From Pseudomonadota bacterium (lineage in GTDB: Bacteria; Campylobacterota; Campylobacteria; Campylobacterales; Sulfurimonadaceae), in assembly GCA_043797085.1 (NCBI GenBank), contig JAZDQA010000005.1, forward strand, positions 96,001 through 160,000: a stretch of DNA of 64,000 bases, in the 5' to 3' direction. The notes under the pieces are model-generated. The model worked only from the letters and a program-made list of their open reading frames with translations, did no database searches and was not told the DNA's origin. Shown here one piece after another: positions 59,267-64,000 of the stretch (within the stretch, counting starts at the first letter, position 1; each line of letters opens with the position of its first letter). A program made the position numbers and the translations under genes.

Positions 59267-60976
59267 TTAAGGCTCGATAATAGAAACGGCTTTGCGTTCA
59301 TGAAAACTAAAATGTTTTTCCAGATTTGAGTTGTCCAATAAGACAGGGACAACAATCAAGGAAGCGACTACCGCTGCAATGGTACCAAAAATGAGCGAAA
59401 CACCCAATCCGCCAAATACCGCATCACTTGCCAGAAGTGTAGACGCTAGAATGATCGCTGCTGCGGTGAGGAAAATGGGTTTGGCTCTTGTTGCTGCTGC
59501 ATAAGCAATCGCCTCTTTTTTGTGCATCCCTTTATCGACCATCAGTGATTTGGTAAAGTCAATGAGCAAAAGTGAATTACGTGAACTGATACCGATGAGG
59601 GCAATAAATCCTATGAGCGAGGTTGCGGTTAGGAAAAAAGTATCCGCCGTAAACAAGTCCATAATAAAGTGACCAAAAAGTACCCCTACGATGGAGAGAA
59701 AGCTTCCAAGCAAGATGATTCCGCTAAGAACAAAGCTCTTATAATAAATAACCATCAATAAAAAGATAAGGACGAGTGCCGCGATAAAAGCACCGCCTAA
59801 ATCGACAAAGGTATCGAGAGTAACTTCCATCTCACCGTCCCAAATCAATTCATAACGTTCTTTGGATTTTTTGTCGATGAGTTCGAGATTGAAAAGACCG
59901 ATTTTATGAATCTCATACTCATCTGTAAAGGTATCTAACATAACGTTACGTGCATCCATAAGAGGATAAACTTGGGAAACCATATCGGTTTCTGCTAACA
60001 CATTCGTCATTTGGTGGAGATTTTTCGTCACAATCATCGGATTGGATTTTACCGATACGATTTCAACGACTTCGGTGAGAGGAATCATCATTCCCATGCT
60101 GTTCATCAGTTTTAGACTCGAAAGTTTAAGAGAGATTGCATTGAGATCTTTGGAGCTGAATTTTTTACTTGCAGGGTCAAGAACCAAGAAAATAGGGATC
60201 TGCTCAGATACTTCCGAAGAATTTTTAACGGCAATAGACATACCTTCAAATGCAAGGTATAAAATATCATTGACGTGTTTGATGTCTAAACCTGAGCGGG
60301 CAATTTTATCGCTGTTGACACGTACTTCGATCTTTTCAAAAATTTCATCTTGCATGATATCAATATCAACAAGTCCTTTTGTCTGTTCAAAGACACCTTG
60401 TACACGTTGGCTTAGATGTCGAATACCGGATGCATTATTGCCGTATACTTCTGCCACGATAGCGGCCATCGTTGGAGGACCTGCGGGCGGTTCAATGAAT
60501 TTGATATTGGTTTGAGGGATGATGCTCTCGCATTGTTTTTGTATCTCTGGACGAAGACGCTGCACCATCATGTATGAAGGTTCGGAACGGTCGTGTTTTT
60601 TGGTAAGATTAAGAACGACTTCCGCAACATTTTCAGAATTTTTGAAATGAGAGCCTTTGATAAGTCCTGCAAAATCAAGCGGTGAACCTGAACCTAAAAA
60701 GACTTCCATATCGAGTGCTTCAGGCTCTTTTTGAAGAATAGTGGTGACACACTGGCTAACGCGCTGGGTTTGCTCGATCGAGCTTCCGCTTGGGAGATCA
60801 ATGTAGACCGAATAGGTATCGTTGTTTTTTCCGGGGAGCATTTTTGCCATGACAAGTTCCGTTGGTATCATCGCAATCGAGAGGATAAATGCAGCGAGCG
60901 TCAGCCAAAGAAACAGCTTTTTTTTAGACGGAGAATTAAGAACAGCCAATAGATAATTTTCAAATTTTTGATACAT
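59267..60976 (-). CDS. RND efflux permease, C-terminal half (split gene)
   Basis: One TM, a large periplasmic domain (P.GPPT.A.IVAEVYG), then 5 TMs with IGFIALIGISSRNSLLLIDF and TRAKPIFLT. Confidence 0.9.
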   Translation of the reverse strand: MYQKFENYLLAVLNSPSKKKLFLWLTLAAFILSIAMIPTELVMAKMLPGKNNDTYSVYIDLPSGSSIEQTQRVSQCVTTILQKEPEALDMEVFLGSGSPLDFAGLIKGSHFKNSENVAEVVLNLTKKHDRSEPSYMMVQRLRPEIQKQCESIIPQTNIKFIEPPAGPPTMAAIVAEVYGNNASGIRHLSQRVQGVFEQTKGLVDIDIMQDEIFEKIEVRVNSDKIARSGLDIKHVNDILYLAFEGMSIAVKNSSEVSEQIPIFLVLDPASKKFSSKDLNAISLKLSSLKLMNSMGMMIPLTEVVEIVSVKSNPMIVTKNLHQMTNVLAETDMVSQVYPLMDARNVMLDTFTDEYEIHKIGLFNLELIDKKSKERYELIWDGEMEVTLDTFVDLGGAFIAALVLIFLLMVIYYKSFVLSGIILLGSFLSIVGVLFGHFIMDLFTADTFFLTATSLIGFIALIGISSRNSLLLIDFTKSLMVDKGMHKKEAIAYAAATRAKPIFLTAAAIILASTLLASDAVFGGLGVSLIFGTIAAVVASLIVVPVLLDNSNLEKHFSFHERKAVSIIEP

Positions 60977-62568
60977 TAGTGAGCCTCTGTAGGATGTTGA
61001 GGTTTTTTGAGCAATCGTATTGCTAAATAAGGAGTAAAGATGTAAGCAACAAAGAGCGATGCAATAAGTGCGACAGGGACATTGGCAGGGATTGGTTTCA
61101 TAAACTGACCCATCATCTGACCAACAAATGCCATAGGAACCATGGTCAAAATAATCGCGAGAGTGGCAATGTTGGTAGGTGCTCCAATCTCATCGGTGGC
61201 TTCAACCATCAGCTGATCTGCATCCCTTTCATGTGCGTTGGGGGCGTGAAAATGGCGATGGATATTTTCAATAACGATAATAGCAGCATCGACCAGTAAT
61301 CCAAGACTCAGCAAGAATGCAAAAAGGGTGATACGGTTAATCGTTTGACCTGTCAGATAGGCGATGAAAAGAGTAATCGCCAAAATCGCCGGAACGGTAA
61401 AGGTCACGATAAGCGACTCTCTCCATCCCAAAACAAAGGCAAGTAAGATAGCGATAATCACGATGGAGAGCAAGAGGTGAAAGACCAGCTCATTAACCGC
61501 TTCATTCGCGCGTTCACCGTCATTTCGGGTAATCACGTAGTGAATCCCTTGAGCTTCCATAAGCGATTTGTATTTGGTCAGCTCTGATTTAACGGCATCG
61601 GCGATGATGACGGAATTTGTCCCTTGCAGTTTTGAAACAGTTAGGGTCACTTGATCTTTGAGAGGAGAGAATTTGCCATCGCTTCCTTTGACACTCACAA
61701 GTGCGGATTTGAAGTTTTGTATGTCTTGCCCTGAAGTAACGGTGGCAACATCACGCAAATAGATAGCAGAACCGCCGTATTGTGCAACGATAATGTTTCC
61801 GACATCGTCAACACTTTCAATCGCATTTTTGACCCCGATCATCACAATCTCATTTGCCTCTGTTTTCCCTTTTATTTCAGGAACATTGTACGAGAGAGCT
61901 TGGATGGATTGGACGATTTGTCCCAGTGAGAGATTGTAACCTGAGAGGCGATTAATATCGACTTGGACATTAAACTGATGTTTTTTTGCCCCCTTGATAT
62001 CGGTAACAGCGACGTTAGGAAGACCGTTGATATGGTGCTGTATGAATTTGACACGGTCATAGAGAATAGTAGGATTGATAGCCGGATTATTGGAGTAAAA
62101 AGCGACGGATACGATGGGAATATCGACGTCAATGTCGAGAGGTTTGATAATCGGCTGCATTGCACCTTTGGGGAGAATGCCCATATTTTGCATAATTTTG
62201 TCATATATTTTAAGGTTGGAGTCCTCTTTTGCTTCACCTATAAAAAAAGCGGCATTGATGACGGCAACATTATCCATCGCCATTCCGTGGATGCTTTCAA
62301 TCCCTTTTACTTCTTTGAGTTTACGCTCTAGGGGTTTGACAATAACATTTTCAATCTCTTTTGCCGTCGCACCGGGCATGGCAATGATGACGGTTGATCC
62401 ACTGACCACCATTTGAGGGTTTTCTTCACGCGGCATGAGCATGAGGGCAATGTAGCCGATAATGATGAGGAATATTCCTAAAATCGGGGTAAGCGGATTG
62501 CGTAAAAAACCAAGAGCGAGTTTTCCTGCAGAATCTTTGGGATGATAAGGTGTGCTATGAGACATCAA
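60976..62568 (-). CDS. RND efflux permease, N-terminal half (split gene)
   Basis: PREENPQ, PGA.A.EIE..IVKPLE, INRITLFAFLLSLGLLVDAAIIVIENI and GQMMGQFMKPIP. Confidence 0.9.
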   Translation of the reverse strand: MMSHSTPYHPKDSAGKLALGFLRNPLTPILGIFLIIIGYIALMLMPREENPQMVVSGSTVIIAMPGATAKEIENVIVKPLERKLKEVKGIESIHGMAMDNVAVINAAFFIGEAKEDSNLKIYDKIMQNMGILPKGAMQPIIKPLDIDVDIPIVSVAFYSNNPAINPTILYDRVKFIQHHINGLPNVAVTDIKGAKKHQFNVQVDINRLSGYNLSLGQIVQSIQALSYNVPEIKGKTEANEIVMIGVKNAIESVDDVGNIIVAQYGGSAIYLRDVATVTSGQDIQNFKSALVSVKGSDGKFSPLKDQVTLTVSKLQGTNSVIIADAVKSELTKYKSLMEAQGIHYVITRNDGERANEAVNELVFHLLLSIVIIAILLAFVLGWRESLIVTFTVPAILAITLFIAYLTGQTINRITLFAFLLSLGLLVDAAIIVIENIHRHFHAPNAHERDADQLMVEATDEIGAPTNIATLAIILTMVPMAFVGQMMGQFMKPIPANVPVALIASLFVAYIFTPYLAIRLLKKPQHPTEAH

Positions 62569-62573
62569 AACTC

Positions 62574-63359
62574 CTAATTTAATTCAACAGTAGCGTACAT
62601 TCCAGGGTAGACGGTTTGTTTTGCGCTAAAGGAGACTTTGATTTTAAACGTATGGGTCATAGGATTAGAGCTTGGGACAACAGAGCTGATGGTTCCGATT
62701 CCCACAAAACCTGTTGAAGGAATTGAGACTTTTACTTTTTTACCGATAGGAGCCATTTTTAGAGCACTTTCTGCCACTTCTACTTCGATTTTAAGAGTCG
62801 ATAAATCGGACAATACGATTGCAGGCATCCCTGGCATTGCCATTTCGCCTACTTTGATGTTTTTAGAGATTACTACTCCGTTGTTTGGAGCTTTGATTTG
62901 TAAATATTGGTATTGATTGGTAACTTCTTTTTGGCGAGCTTTCGCTTGAGAGACTTGGCGCTCGGAAATCTTGATCGTATTTCTAAGATTTTTTTCGGCA
63001 AGTTCAAGATTTTCAAGTTCATAACGACTTACCATGTCTTGTTGGTACAAGCGACGGTGGCGTTCAAGATTCACTTTGAGATTTTCATACTGATTTTGAT
63101 ACATTTGTTGCGCCAACTCTGCTTGAGCGATACCCATCTCTACTTGGGTTTTAGCGGAATCGATTTCGCGTGAATCAATTGTATAAAGCAAATCTCCTTT
63201 ACGAACACGTGAACCCTCAGAGACGTTTACCGAGGTGACAAAGCCCATATTACGACTGGTAATCATTTTTTGGTTGTCGGAGATAATGACACCGGAAAGA
63301 ATAAGCCCAGCTGCGTTTAAAGCTGCACCTAGGGCGAGAAGAGAGAAGATGATTTTCAT
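62574..63359 (-). CDS. RND periplasmic adaptor subunit (MFP)
   Basis: Lipoyl halves V.V.EG.RVRKGDLL and IKAP.NGVV..KN...GE, a helical hairpin, and PGMYA. Confidence 0.9.
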   Translation of the reverse strand: MKIIFSLLALGAALNAAGLILSGVIISDNQKMITSRNMGFVTSVNVSEGSRVRKGDLLYTIDSREIDSAKTQVEMGIAQAELAQQMYQNQYENLKVNLERHRRLYQQDMVSRYELENLELAEKNLRNTIKISERQVSQAKARQKEVTNQYQYLQIKAPNNGVVISKNIKVGEMAMPGMPAIVLSDLSTLKIEVEVAESALKMAPIGKKVKVSIPSTGFVGIGTISSVVPSSNPMTHTFKIKVSFSAKQTVYPGMYATVELN

Positions 63360-64000
63360 TGATTGGCTCCATAGCTTAGTTTTTCAAGGGCAAAAATACG
63401 TTCATTTCGTTGATTTTTAACCATTTGAAGATTGATAATTTTTTCGATTTGCTGAGATTGTTTGATGATAAGATCACTCATCGATGTGAGATTCTCACGA
63501 TAGCGTCCTTCATAACTTTTATAGATTTGGGTTGAGAGGTTGAGTTCTTTTTCCAAACTTGCTACTTGATAGTCCAAGCTTTCGATTTCGGTTTGGATTT
63601 TGTCATACTGGAGGGCAATCCCTTTTTTGGCGAGTTCCACTTCGGTTGACGTTTTAAGATGATCAATCCGTGCCTTTTCCAGAGTATGTGCATCAATTCC
63701 GCCGTTGTACAAGTTCCAGCTTAGACGTGCGCCGATCGTGTAGGCAGCATGGTCGCTGAATTTTCCTAAAAACGTATTGTCAGCACTGGATGCTTCGGCA
63801 AATGCACCCACAGTCGGAAGATAAGGAGCCGTTGCCACATCAAGCATGGAGGAGCGAATTTTCAATCCATGAGAGGCTTTTTTGAGGTCACTGTTATTCG
63901 CGATAACATCCGCTTCTGTAATTGCAGCAGAAGCACGATCATCTGAAGGTGCTGCTATGTCGGTAACTTTTTGGTTTAGGAGAAAGCTTAAATAGTGGTA
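63356..64000 (-). CDS. TolC family outer-membrane efflux protein, 5'-truncated by window edge
   Basis: Frame open to the window edge; YLPTVGAF, GARLSWNLYNGG, Y..RY.E.L..MSDL; upstream of the MFP and permease genes. Confidence 0.85.
   Translation of the reverse strand, partial: YHYLSFLLNQKVTDIAAPSDDRASAAITEADVIANNSDLKKASHGLKIRSSMLDVATAPYLPTVGAFAEASSADNTFLGKFSDHAAYTIGARLSWNLYNGGIDAHTLEKARIDHLKTSTEVELAKKGIALQYDKIQTEIESLDYQVASLEKELNLSTQIYKSYEGRYRENLTSMSDLIIKQSQQIEKIINLQMVKNQRNERIFALEKLSYGANQ

Noticed and set aside
1..64000. tRNA, rRNA or known riboswitches
   Set aside because: None recognised in the intergenic regions by eye. tRNAscan-SE and Rfam scans would be needed to exclude them.

Overview
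Chromosomal window of a Campylobacterota (epsilonproteobacterial) genome. Gene content and order suggest a Sulfuricurvum/Sulfurimonas-like organism (inference). 1-14.7 kb is core housekeeping: hemA(partial)-proS-fxsA-dsb-hemC-mqnL, cytochrome c, argH, osmC-like, HIT, pheST-aroA-ispH. A ~32.6 kb surface-polysaccharide locus (14.8-47.3 kb) splits the normally adjacent ispH and rpsA. It holds galE, galU, a doubly damaged MarR_EPS regulator, rmlA/C/B with a CapF-like reductase where rmlD should be, a full legionaminic-acid-type cluster, wzx, a KpsS-like transferase, an acetyltransferase, a WbiB-like 4-epimerase with a Zn-ribbon-like insert, wzy, three paralogous non-canonical GT-like proteins, and an AT-rich Gfo/Idh/MocA + unknown protein pair. 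It continues with fused IS4/IS1182 remnants, two divergent initiating transferases, an ATPase gene bracketed by 24-bp direct repeats, and an slt-wza-like-wzz export module. 47.3-64 kb: rpsA, periplasmic hypothetical, serA, a MutS-HNH fusion (MutS7 type), a beta-alpha ADP-forming acyl-CoA synthetase, selO, fapA-like, and an RND system with a split permease. The best candidates for something undescribed are the RmlD-less 6-deoxyhexose pathway with its orphan enzymes and GT family, and the repeat-bracketed ATPase cassette. No rRNA, tRNA or CRISPR array was seen. All family calls come from motif recognition by eye, not database searches.
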